From Litchfieldia suaedae (lineage in GTDB: Bacteria > Bacillota > Bacilli > Bacillales > Bacillaceae_L), in contig CP063163.1 of assembly GCA_014960805.1 (NCBI GenBank), positions 1,233,584 through 1,257,583 of the forward strand: a DNA stretch of 24,000 bases. The letters are read 5' to 3'. Shown piece by piece: positions 1 to 8,465 of the stretch; positions within the stretch are counted from its first letter, which is position 1; every line of letters begins with the position of its first letter. Under the pieces are notes generated by a model. The model was not told the origin of the DNA. It ran no database searches and was given only the letters and a program-made list of their open reading frames with translations. The translations under genes and the position numbers were made by a program.

Positions 1-610
1 GAGGATTCATACCCGGAGTGAAGCCCATGCCTGGAGTAGGATTCATACCGGGAGTGAAGCCCATGCCTGGAGTAGGATTCATGCCCGGAGTGAAGCCTAT
101 ACCTGGGTTAGGATTCATGCCTGGAGTGAAGCCCATGCCTGGAGTAGGATTCATGCCTGGAGTGAAGCCCATGCCTGGAGTAGGATTCATGCCCGGAGTG
201 AAGCCCATACCTTGAGTAGGATTCATACCCGGAGTGAAGTCCATCCCTTGTGTAGGATTCATGCCTGGAGTGAAGCCCATACCAGGACTTGTAGACATAT
301 TTGGGTTATATCCCATAGGTAATTGTTGCTGTCCCATAAGAGGAGATGGAGTTCCGAAATCCATATCATCATCAAAATCATAATCAGTTGGGGTTGAAGG
401 AGTTAGTCCACCACCGTATACAGGACCAACTGGTGATGATGGACCTACCTCATATGGTCCATATGGTAATGTCATTGGAGCTTGGAACTGTGCATTTGGA
501 ACTTCAGGTGTAAAGCCTTGCTGTGGGAAATTTGTAGGGCCAAATTGATTCATTGGTAATGACTGATTACCCATGTATGGATTATTCATTGGAGTGTTTC
601 TTTTAAACAA
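1..610 (-). CDS. Partial CDS (N-terminal part in window, continues past position 1): low-complexity Pro/Gly/Met/Thr-rich tandem-repeat protein of unknown function
   Basis: The minus-strand frame is open over 1-610. It is absent from the supplied ORF track because it runs off the window. Translation by hand: MFKRNTPMNNPYMGNQSLPMNQFGPTNFPQQGFTPEVPNAQFQAPMTLPYGPYEVGPSSPVGPVYGGGLTPSTPTDYDFDDDMDFGTPSPLMGQQQLPMGYNPNMSTS, then (PGMGFT/PGMNPT)n. The TTG at 610 lies 9 nt downstream of GAGAGG (complement of 620-625), and an in-frame TGA sits 6 codons upstream. An alternative ATG at 589 has no SD. Confidence 0.6.
   Translation of the reverse strand, partial: MFKRNTPMNNPYMGNQSLPMNQFGPTNFPQQGFTPEVPNAQFQAPMTLPYGPYEVGPSSPVGPVYGGGLTPSTPTDYDFDDDMDFGTPSPLMGQQQLPMGYNPNMSTSPGMGFTPGMNPTQGMDFTPGMNPTQGMGFTPGMNPTPGMGFTPGMNPTPGMGFTPGMNPNPGIGFTPGMNPTPGMGFTPGMNPTPGMGFTPGMNP
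3..290. repeat. Tandem array of eight 36-nt units (two related 18-nt half-units each) inside the partial CDS; the array runs off the left edge
   Basis: Units start at 3, 39, 75, 111, 147, 183, 219 and 255 with exact 36-nt spacing. Consensus is ggattcatRccYggagtgaagcccatRccTggagta. Only a few substitutions separate the copies. Confidence 0.9.
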
Positions 611-726
611 GTGAATCGACCTCTCTCAGTTATAAGTAATGTAATATGCCTAACTGACATATCCACCATATTTTATGGACCATACTTGTTTTTTGTGTTA
701 AATCCCTAGATAAATGGGTTTTCGCC

Positions 727-755
727 TTGTTACGACCTGCTAAAATTACTATAAT
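727..755 (+). promoter_or_regulatory. Sigma-A-type promoter candidate for the 798-992 gene
   Basis: TTGTTA (727-732), a 17-nt spacer, then a perfect TATAAT (750-755), about 40 nt upstream of the start codon. Confidence 0.55.
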
Positions 756-797
756 AGAAAAGTCCTTTGTCGACTCTATTTTTATGAGGTGATATAT

Positions 798-992
798 ATG
801 AATGAAGAATTAGTCAATGAAATGTTAGACAAGCTGCGTGATGGAGAGCTGAGTGAGTACCATGTAACAAATGAAGAATTCTTAGCTTTCCGTGAATTTA
901 TTGTAAAAAGAGAGGATTTTAAGAATTTTAGAGGTATTGCTCAACGTGGCGGATCTGTTCTTTATAAATATCTAGCTGAACCAAGAAGTTGA
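798..992 (+). CDS. Small hypothetical protein (64 aa), family not recognised
   Basis: ORF-track ORF 789-992. The track's GTG start lies inside the SD GAGGTGA (786-792), so the ATG at 798 (5-nt spacing) is preferred. The protein is hydrophilic and helical-looking: MNEELVNEMLDKLRDGELSEYHV... Confidence 0.6.
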   Translation: MNEELVNEMLDKLRDGELSEYHVTNEEFLAFREFIVKREDFKNFRGIAQRGGSVLYKYLAEPRS

Positions 993-1172
993 GCTTGGTG
1001 GGTTTATTTATGTAACTTAAAAACAAGGTTTTAACTGAAAGTGGGTTACATAAACGGATTTATGAGCCATTTTCAAACAAACCAGGGTCACAATAAACCA
1101 TCTTCATCGGCAAAATCCACAAAAATTTAAGTGTTAGTTAAATTTACCAATATTGGAGCAAACATGATGAAA

Positions 1173-1197
1173 TCAAGGATTATTCCTTGGTTTTTTT
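1173..1197 (+). terminator. Candidate intrinsic terminator in the 290-nt gap upstream of the hydrolase gene
   Basis: The stem is tcaagga (1173-1179) paired with tccttgg (1184-1190), with a 4-nt loop, followed by T7 (1191-1197). The stem is short. Confidence 0.4.
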
Positions 1198-1282
1198 GTT
1201 ACCATATTTTAGTTAATGCTAGTTTCCTAATATCTTGTTAGCCTATTAAGGAGCCAAGCAAACTACTAGGAGGTAACTAACA

Positions 1283-1894
1283 ATGAAGAAACTTAAGAAA
1301 CTAGTAATCGCGTCAACTCTTGGGTTATCATTATTTGCTTTTTCAGCAGATAATACACCAACTGAAGCGGCAACAACAACTACAACTCATACAGTAAAAA
1401 GTGGAGATACACTATGGAAAATCGGAGTAGCATACGGTGTATCAGTAAACCAATTAAAAGCAATCAATAAGCGTACTAGCAATGTCATTTATCCAGGTCA
1501 AAAACTAGTAATCCCTCAAACTATTACAGCATATGAAAAAGATTTATTAGCTCGATTAGTTCATGCTGAAGCAAAAGGTGAATCATACGCAGGTAAAGTA
1601 GCAGTAGCAACTGTTGTATTTAACCGTGTTGCACATTCAGAATTTCCAAACACAATTCATGGTGTAATTACTGAGCGCACACCTAGTGGCAGCTTTGCAT
1701 TTACTCCATATGCAACAGGTTCGATTAAGCAACCAGCTGATGCAGAAGCAAAACGTGCTGTTGAAGAAGCAATTGCATTTCGTGGACAAGGTGCTGGTTC
1801 AATTTATTTCTACAATCCAGCGAAAATCACAAATAAATGGATCTTATCAAGACAAACTACTGTCGTAATTGGAAACCATGTATTTGCAAAATAA
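1283..1894 (+). CDS. Secreted LysM-domain cell wall hydrolase of the SleB/CwlJ (Hydrolase_2) family
   Basis: There is a strong SD (TAGGAGGT) and a signal peptide (MKKLKKLVIASTLGLSLFAFSA). A LysM motif follows (HTVKSGDTLWKIGVAYGVSVNQLKAINK...IYPGQKLVIP). The C-terminal half has the SleB/CwlJ hallmark LLARLVHAEAKGESYAGKVAVATVVFNRV...FYNP. It resembles B. subtilis YkvT by position and size, from memory only. Confidence 0.85.
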   Translation: MKKLKKLVIASTLGLSLFAFSADNTPTEAATTTTTHTVKSGDTLWKIGVAYGVSVNQLKAINKRTSNVIYPGQKLVIPQTITAYEKDLLARLVHAEAKGESYAGKVAVATVVFNRVAHSEFPNTIHGVITERTPSGSFAFTPYATGSIKQPADAEAKRAVEEAIAFRGQGAGSIYFYNPAKITNKWILSRQTTVVIGNHVFAK

Positions 1895-1914
1895 TAATTG
1901 GTTTTACTAACCAG

Positions 1915-1954
1915 GCATTCATCTCAGTTAAATGAGGTGAATGCTTTTTATTTT
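1915..1954 (+). terminator. Intrinsic terminator of the hydrolase gene
   Basis: gcattcatctca (1915-1926) pairs with tgaggtgaatgc (1933-1944) with one mismatch, followed by tttttatttt. Confidence 0.7.
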
Positions 1955-2039
1955 GCTTAGCTGAACCATTTTCATTCGTGTAACTGATATAGTAAAAATA
2001 ACGTCTAATAAAGTAAATAGATTGAAATGGGGAATTATA

Positions 2040-2225
2040 ATGAAATGGTTTATACATGGTGTGTTTGGTCTTCTATACTTATTAGTTACCTTCTTTGGCT
2101 TAGGGCCTGTTCTTCTTGCAGATGGGGTCATACAAGAAAGAGTTGTGACGGCTATCATTGTGTTTGGCGTTTATTGTGTACTGATTGTGCTACATTTACT
2201 TATTTTAAAAAGAATGAAAAAGTAG
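2040..2225 (+). CDS. Small two-TM membrane protein (61 aa), hypothetical
   Basis: This is the frame of ORF 2022-2225. The ATG at 2040 lies 6 nt after GGGGA, whereas the TTG at 2022 has no SD. There are two hydrophobic segments (FIHGVFGLLYLLVTFFGLGPVLL and VVTAIIVFGVYCVLIVLHLLIL). A hairpin (2224-2246) follows the stop. Confidence 0.55.
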   Translation: MKWFIHGVFGLLYLLVTFFGLGPVLLADGVIQERVVTAIIVFGVYCVLIVLHLLILKRMKK

Positions 2226-2267
2226 CGTTGTCAATATGACAGCGCTTATTTAAAGAGGAGTGCAAAC

Positions 2268-3017
2268 ATGAAATTTGAAAATAAAATAGTTATCATTACC
2301 GGAGCTGGAAATGGAATTGGAAGAGGAATTGCTCTTGAATATGCTAAAAATGGAGCAAAGGTGGTTGTAGCTGACATAGATGAGGAAGCAGGACATCAGG
2401 TTATTTCTGAAATTAAAGAGATGGAACGAGATGCCATCTACATAAAAACAGATGTTACAAATCAAGATGAGATTATACATCTTATGACAGAGACGCTAAA
2501 TGCATATAACAAGATTGACATTTTAATTAATAATGCGGGGATATCACGGTGGAAATCTGTCTTTGAACTAGAGGTCGAGGAATGGGATACGATACTTAAC
2601 ACAAACCTTCGAAGTGTTTTCTTGTGTTCGAGAGAAGCTGCAAAACATATGAAAGGAAATCCAAAAGGAGGTTCCATTGTTAATATGGCATCTACTCGTG
2701 CGTTCATGTCTGAAAAAAATTCAGAGGCATATGCAGCCTCGAAGGGTGGAATTGTTGCTTTAACCCATGCTCTAGCCGTCTCTTTAGGTGAACATAACAT
2801 TACGGTGAATTCTATTAGTCCAGGATGGATTGAAGTTCAGGATTATACTTCATTACGAGAGGTGGACCATAAACAACATCCATCGAGAAGAGTGGGACAA
2901 TCAGATGATATTGCCAGAGCCTGCCTGTTCTTGACCAATTCAGAAAATAATTTTATAACTGGTGAAAATATGATTATTGATGGTGGGATGACAAGAAAAA
3001 TGATTTACGAAGAGTAA
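2268..3017 (+). CDS. Short-chain dehydrogenase/reductase (classical SDR, FabG/glucose-dehydrogenase-like)
   Basis: Carries TGAGNGIGRG (TGxxxGxG), NNAG, a catalytic Ser (MASTRA) and YAASKGG (YxxxK). SD is AGAGGAG. Confidence 0.9.
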   Translation: MKFENKIVIITGAGNGIGRGIALEYAKNGAKVVVADIDEEAGHQVISEIKEMERDAIYIKTDVTNQDEIIHLMTETLNAYNKIDILINNAGISRWKSVFELEVEEWDTILNTNLRSVFLCSREAAKHMKGNPKGGSIVNMASTRAFMSEKNSEAYAASKGGIVALTHALAVSLGEHNITVNSISPGWIEVQDYTSLREVDHKQHPSRRVGQSDDIARACLFLTNSENNFITGENMIIDGGMTRKMIYEE

Positions 3018-3096
3018 CTGTGGTAAAAATTCAACAATTTACTTATCGTTTAGGCATATACTATAGGAGTACTTTTAAGGTGGTGGTGGGAAGAGT

Positions 3097-4038
3097 ATGG
3101 TTAAAGTTCTTCTGTTTGGGGATCCTGGAGTCGATGATTCCTTAGCAATTATGTACGGTTTGCTACATCCAGAGATTGAAATTGTAGGTATTGTTACTAG
3201 CTACGGAAATGTAACACAAACACAGACAGAGCAAAATGCAGCATATCTACTTACTTTAGCTGGTAAAGAAGATATCCCATTAATATCAGGAGCAAAGTAT
3301 CCCTTAATTGGTGAGAAAGTAACTTTTTATCCAGAAATACACGGTCCAGACGGATTAGGGCCCATTCGTCCACCAGAGGATATCGTGCCCAATATATTAA
3401 ATTTTGATGAAGTATTTACGATTATTGAAAAATATGAGAATGAACTCATCATAGTTGACGTTGGCCGGTCATCTTCTTTAGCCATTGCCTTTATTCTCGG
3501 CGGAGAGATTATGAATAAGGTTAAGGCCTTTTATCTAATGGGTGGAGCCTTTTTAGTACCAGGGAATGTAACAGCTCAGGCAGAAGCAAATTTCCATGGT
3601 GATCCGATTGCATCAAATTTAGTGGTTGAGCGGGGGAGAAATGTAACAATTATTCCATTGAATGTGACTAACGAAGCGGTTGTTCCTCCTGAAGTGATAG
3701 ACTATATAAGCCGAAAGAGTGATAATCCATTCTCTTCCTTAATTGAGCCAATCTTTAAATATTACTTTGAAGCGTACAAGAAAAATGTACCTGGAATTCA
3801 AGGAGCACCTATCCATGATGTGGTGACATTAAGTGCGATCGTTAATCCTACAATGATTGAATACACATCTAGAAGGGTCACAGTTGAGTTATTTGGTAAC
3901 GCTAAGGGTGAGTCACTAGCAGATTTTCGTCCTAAACCGGATTTAGAACCGTTTCCAGCACTTGACCGGATTGGAATGCAATTAAACTACCAGCTATTTT
4001 TACAGGATTTCGTAAATGTAATGACTAGGAAGTTGTAA
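3097..4038 (+). CDS. Nucleoside hydrolase (inosine-uridine preferring, IUNH family)
   Basis: N-terminal GDPGVDDSLAI, then HGPDGLG, EANFHGDPIAS and PIHDVVT, all typical IUNH blocks. Length is 313 aa. Confidence 0.85.
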   Translation: MVKVLLFGDPGVDDSLAIMYGLLHPEIEIVGIVTSYGNVTQTQTEQNAAYLLTLAGKEDIPLISGAKYPLIGEKVTFYPEIHGPDGLGPIRPPEDIVPNILNFDEVFTIIEKYENELIIVDVGRSSSLAIAFILGGEIMNKVKAFYLMGGAFLVPGNVTAQAEANFHGDPIASNLVVERGRNVTIIPLNVTNEAVVPPEVIDYISRKSDNPFSSLIEPIFKYYFEAYKKNVPGIQGAPIHDVVTLSAIVNPTMIEYTSRRVTVELFGNAKGESLADFRPKPDLEPFPALDRIGMQLNYQLFLQDFVNVMTRKL

Positions 4039-4066
4039 AGGCTATCTTAAGAGGATAGCCTTTTTT
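4037..4066. terminator. Bidirectional intrinsic terminator between convergent genes
   Basis: Sequence is aaa ggctatc ttaagag gatagcc tttttt: a 7-bp stem flanked by an A-run and a T-run. Confidence 0.7.
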
Positions 4067-4070
4067 CGCC

Positions 4071-4640
4071 TTAGTACTTATTATATGGTTCAAGTTCTTT
4101 TGTTAGTTTACGAAAAATCGCTATATATTCTTTAAGTTGCTCCTCCTCTTCAACCTCAAACTCTTCATAAACGAGAGCACCAAGTGACGTAGTACCATCA
4201 CGAAGGATTTGTTGTATTTCTAACATGTCCTCAGCTGTATAATCAAAACCAGCAATTCCTTGAATTGATTTTTCTAACTTCCATAATGTCTCTTCTAGAA
4301 AAAATAAAGTTTCTGGATTGTTAAATGGTCTTGATAATGTAATTGAATGGGATAAGTGATTCAAGTGAAGAGTATCCTTTCGAACAGCATTTTGAAACTG
4401 ACTGCGATCTTCGTTACTCAACGGAAATGAATATTTTTGAATGGTTTCCTCCACATCTGAGATGATAGAAACAATCCCTCGAAAGTGATATAAAAGAATT
4501 TGTGAATGTCTTTCATTATTGAGTTCGTTTTGTTCTTTAGTATTTTCCCATTTTAGGAACAAAAACAATGATGCAGCAACTATAATAGCTAATACTATCT
4601 TGTCATAAAGCTTCTTGTTATTTCTTAAATGGTTAATCAT
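4071..4640 (-). CDS. Hypothetical N-terminally membrane-anchored protein (189 aa)
   Basis: ORF-track ORF with an SD (AGGAGGATAACA ATG on the minus strand). It has one TM segment (IVLAIIVAASLFLFL) and an acidic C-terminus. No family recognised. Confidence 0.6.
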   Translation of the reverse strand: MINHLRNNKKLYDKIVLAIIVAASLFLFLKWENTKEQNELNNERHSQILLYHFRGIVSIISDVEETIQKYSFPLSNEDRSQFQNAVRKDTLHLNHLSHSITLSRPFNNPETLFFLEETLWKLEKSIQGIAGFDYTAEDMLEIQQILRDGTTSLGALVYEEFEVEEEEQLKEYIAIFRKLTKELEPYNKY

Positions 4641-4719
4641 TGTTATCCTCCTAATTCTATTTATTTAGTTTATCATATCATGATAATTTCGTTATGAAGT
4701 GGAGTTAAACGATGGTTAA

Positions 4720-4728
4720 TGGTATAAT
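4720..4728 (+). promoter_or_regulatory. Extended -10 promoter element candidate (TGgTATAAT) for the ABC-F gene
   Basis: TGG TATAAT at 4720-4728. The -35 region is poor. Confidence 0.4.
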
Positions 4729-4769
4729 CAGTTGGGCATAATATAAGTATTTTGTAAAAATCATGCTAG

Positions 4770-6437
<1,668 letters not shown>

Positions 6438-6442
6438 GATCG

Positions 6443-6478
6443 AAAAAACTGGTGTCAGGAATCTGACACCAGTTTTTT
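6443..6478. terminator. Intrinsic terminator (bidirectional architecture) after ykpA
   Basis: Sequence is aaaaaactggtgtcag gaat ctgacaccagtttttt: a perfect 11-bp stem, a 4-nt loop, and A- and T-runs on both sides. Confidence 0.85.
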
Positions 6479-6480
6479 AT

Positions 6481-6597
6481 TATAGAGTGTAGTAAAAAGT
6501 GCATAAGTCCAATTATTAACGAATCAACTTGATAATTGGTCCACAGCTGTGAAACTTCTGAGGAAGTTAAGGGAATTGCAGTCCTATTTGAATGCAT
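6481..6597 (-). pseudogene. Probable 5' remnant (about 39 codons) of a DUF3231-like gene, truncated by deletion
   Basis: The ATG at 6597 lies 8 nt after GAGGT. The N-terminus MHSNRTAIPLTSSEVSQLWTNYQVDSLIIGLMHFLLHSI resembles the conserved N-terminal block (LT.aEi..LW..Y..DSm.iCvl.yFL) that I remember for Bacillus DUF3231 proteins of about 330 aa. Beyond about 6480 the frame merely reads through the ykpA terminator and the antisense of ykpA. Confidence 0.35.
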
Positions 6598-6741
6598 TTC
6601 GTCTACCTCACTTGGTCATTTTTGTTAGTTTATCCCTAACTCTGATCATATAACAAAATGGGTAAATCGTTCTTGCTAAATAGGCATAAAATCCTGAAAC
6701 TTCTTCTTTGTAATAGCGTCTGTATTGTAGGGTGATTACAA

Positions 6742-6879
6742 ATGATGGTATTTAAGAAAAATGTGATGATTGTAACCATATTTAGTTGTTTAATTGTCTT
6801 TTTAATCTTTTTTGGAGTAAGTCTAATAGAGGCAAAAGAAAATCAATCAGAAGTAATTAGTAGACAGCTTCTGAAATAA
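6742..6879 (+). CDS. Candidate small membrane peptide (45 aa)
   Basis: The ATG at 6742 lies 6 nt after AGGGTGA. Sequence is MMVFKKNVMIVTIFSCLIVFLIFFGVSLIEAKENQSEVISRQLLK, one TM segment plus a polar tail. The stop is followed directly by the terminator at 6885-6922. It is too short for the ORF track. Confidence 0.4.
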   Translation: MMVFKKNVMIVTIFSCLIVFLIFFGVSLIEAKENQSEVISRQLLK

Positions 6880-6884
6880 TCAAG

Positions 6885-6922
6885 AAAAGCTCATACCAGG
6901 CAAGCTGGTATGAGCTTTTTTC
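6885..6922. terminator. Bidirectional terminator shared by the small ORF (+) and the SASP gene (-)
   Basis: Sequence is aaaagctcataccag gcaag ctggtatgagctttttt: a 12-bp stem flanked by A- and T-runs. Confidence 0.8.
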
Positions 6923-6928
6923 AGTAAG

Positions 6929-7123
6929 TTAAAACTGTTGTTGGTTTTGCAACTGTTGTTCAGCCAACTTAATCATACGCTTTGTCATTTCGCCACCAAC
7001 AGAACCATTTGCACGCGCGGTCGTATCTGCACCTAGCTGAACTCCAAACTCGTTAGCAATTTCTTCTTTCATCTGATCAAGCGCATTTGCAGCACCTGGA
7101 ACTAAAAGTTTGTTTCGTGCCAT
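6929..7123 (-). CDS. Alpha/beta-type small acid-soluble spore protein (SASP)
   Basis: The sequence [51 protein letters not shown] matches the SspA-D family almost motif for motif. It includes the GPR cleavage context EIANEF and the [10 protein letters not shown] block. SD is GGGAGTG. Confidence 0.95.
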   Translation of the reverse strand: MARNKLLVPGAANALDQMKEEIANEFGVQLGADTTARANGSVGGEMTKRMIKLAEQQLQNQQQF

Positions 7124-7234
7124 GATACATCACTCCCGTACGAAGTTTTTTGAGTAACCAAAGATGATTACTCTTTTTTAAGATAACCGTTAAATGTTAT
7201 GAAATGCATAAAAGGTGATAACAGTTTAATCCAA

Positions 7235-8173
7235 TTAGATTTCTTCAAGTTGTGAAGCTTCTGCTATCTTTACCATTTCTGACTTCATCCACTGTTTATC
7301 TAAATCCTCGCCAATAAAAACAAGTGTCATAGGATATTTCATGAGCTCTTTCATATATAAAGGCATCCCGTACGAATACTGAAATAAGAACGTATTGTCT
7401 GAATGTGTGAAGCGTAAATATCCTTTAATACGATAAATAGTATCCGGCATTTCTCGGAGCCAGTTTTCAAATACATCAATATTTAAGGGACTTTGAAATT
7501 GATGGACAAAGGTTTTAACTTTTAAATCTTGTTGAACATGAGTTTTTTCATACGTAGCAGGCATCTGTTTTTGTCCATTAATCATTAAGTGTTCACGTTT
7601 TACTGCCGAATAGGTGGTTAATAAGCATTGTGCTTTTGAATTCACAGATTGTATATCAAATACGAGACTAGCCTGTTCTGATTCAGATAGCTGATCGACT
7701 TTATTTACCAATACTACATCTGCATGATGAACTTGCTCTTGTAGTAACTTTTGCAGGCGAACACTCATGGTTTTTCGATCTTTCCACCGGTTTGCATCGA
7801 CGATAGTAACGATAGATTGGACTTCTAATTGATCAGCAAATAATGGTGAAAGACACGCATCTAACACTTCAATTGGATGTGCAACTCCTGTTGTTTCAAT
7901 ATAAATTGAGTCAAGCTCGTGATCGATTAGTAGTCCTTGTAAATGAACTTCTAGCTGACCTTGAATTGTACAACATACGCAGCCATTTAATAGCTCTTTT
8001 AAAGGAATGTCTTCAGAAACTGCATTAGAATCGATGGAGGTTTCTCCAAGCTCGTTCATAACAACGGCTACTTTACGTCCTTGTTCCTTTTCTTCTGTTA
8101 ATAGGTTTTTTAGTAATGTTGTTTTACCACTGCCTAAAAAACCAGCTAATATGTAAACTTCAACCTTTTTCAT
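7235..8173 (-). CDS. COG0523 / CobW-family G3E P-loop GTPase (putative metallochaperone)
   Basis: Carries GFLGSGKTT (Walker A), the CxCC motif (GCVCCT), ETTGVAHP and VNKVD (NKxD-like). The C-terminal CobW_C-like half is present. SD GGAG lies 9 nt upstream. Confidence 0.85.
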   Translation of the reverse strand: MKKVEVYILAGFLGSGKTTLLKNLLTEEKEQGRKVAVVMNELGETSIDSNAVSEDIPLKELLNGCVCCTIQGQLEVHLQGLLIDHELDSIYIETTGVAHPIEVLDACLSPLFADQLEVQSIVTIVDANRWKDRKTMSVRLQKLLQEQVHHADVVLVNKVDQLSESEQASLVFDIQSVNSKAQCLLTTYSAVKREHLMINGQKQMPATYEKTHVQQDLKVKTFVHQFQSPLNIDVFENWLREMPDTIYRIKGYLRFTHSDNTFLFQYSYGMPLYMKELMKYPMTLVFIGEDLDKQWMKSEMVKIAEASQLEEI

Positions 8174-8246
8174 TGCTGCTATCTCCTAAAGAATTATTTG
8201 GTTCTATCGTATCTCAAGTAAGAGGGTAGCGTCAATTTGGTTGTTG

Positions 8247-8396
8247 TTATCACTCGTTATAAGGACCGTTCCTTTTCGCTGCAGGCACTTGCTTTCCGCG
8301 GGGAGGGAGGCGAGCCTCCTCGGCACTCTGTGCCTGTGGGGTCTCGCACTACCCTCACTTCCCGCAGGAGTCAAGTGCCTTCCGCTCTAATTCACT
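8247..8396 (+). repeat. GC-rich hairpin-forming intergenic repeat element, copy A
   Basis: It shares ordered blocks with the reverse complement of 16844-16967: tcactcgtt, gagcctcctcggc, gcctgYggggtctc, cccgcaggagtc. The core 8276-8387 is 74/112 G+C by my count, in an AT-rich context. Internal stems are 8283-8291/8372-8380 and 8333-8340/8361-8368. Confidence 0.8.
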
Positions 8397-8430
8397 TTTC
8401 AATTATCCAAATACGAACCAACAGAAATTA

Positions 8431-8458
8431 AAAAGGATCTTAATTAAAAGATCCTTCT
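8431..8458 (-). terminator. Intrinsic terminator of the GNAT gene
   Basis: aaggatctt (8433-8441) pairs with aagatcctt (8448-8456) around a 6-nt loop, with a U-rich tail on the minus-strand transcript. Confidence 0.6.
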
Positions 8459-8465
8459 TAACCTC

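Noticed and set aside
18-215. Plus-strand ORF MKPMPGVGFIPGVKP... from the ORF track
   Set aside because: It is the antisense reading of the tandem repeat. It stops at 213-215 although the repeat continues to about 290. The minus frame is open through the whole array and joins a non-repetitive N-terminus with an SD and start.
993-1282. Riboswitch (ydaO-type) upstream of the cell wall hydrolase gene
   Set aside because: The same search by eye was negative. Only simple hairpins are present.
2027-2239. Alternative-frame 70-aa ORF overlapping the small membrane protein gene
   Set aside because: Its Cys/Trp/Arg-rich sequence has no SD. The other frame gives two clean TM helices and has an SD at the 2040 ATG.
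3097-3150. Non-canonical N-terminal aspartate motif in the nucleoside hydrolase (FGDPGVDD instead of DxDxxxDD)
   Set aside because: Only the first Asp is replaced, by Phe. The Asp aligned with the Ca2+-binding general base and the DD pair are retained, as are the downstream blocks. It is probably an ordinary subfamily variant.
7124-7234. Sigma-G promoter for the alpha/beta-type SASP gene
   Set aside because: It is expected biologically, but I could not find a convincing GnATR-17/18-CATnnTA match by eye (only partial ones such as CATAACA). I did not annotate it.
8174-8246. Zur box in front of the COG0523 GTPase gene
   Set aside because: COG0523 genes such as B. subtilis yciC/zagA are Zur-regulated. 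I see no TCGTAATnATTACGA-like palindrome, only a weak TTGACG-18-TACGAT promoter. Zinc regulation therefore cannot be claimed from the sequence.
8237-8431. 64-aa plus-strand ORF (…FRGEGGEPPRHSVPVGSRTTLTSRRSQ…)
   Set aside because: It is a translation of GC-rich repeat copy A. It has a TTG start with no SD and an Arg/Pro/Ser/Gly-rich composition typical of GC-rich non-coding DNA. Its look-alike at 16844-17029 is on the opposite strand, as expected for a DNA repeat rather than a gene family.
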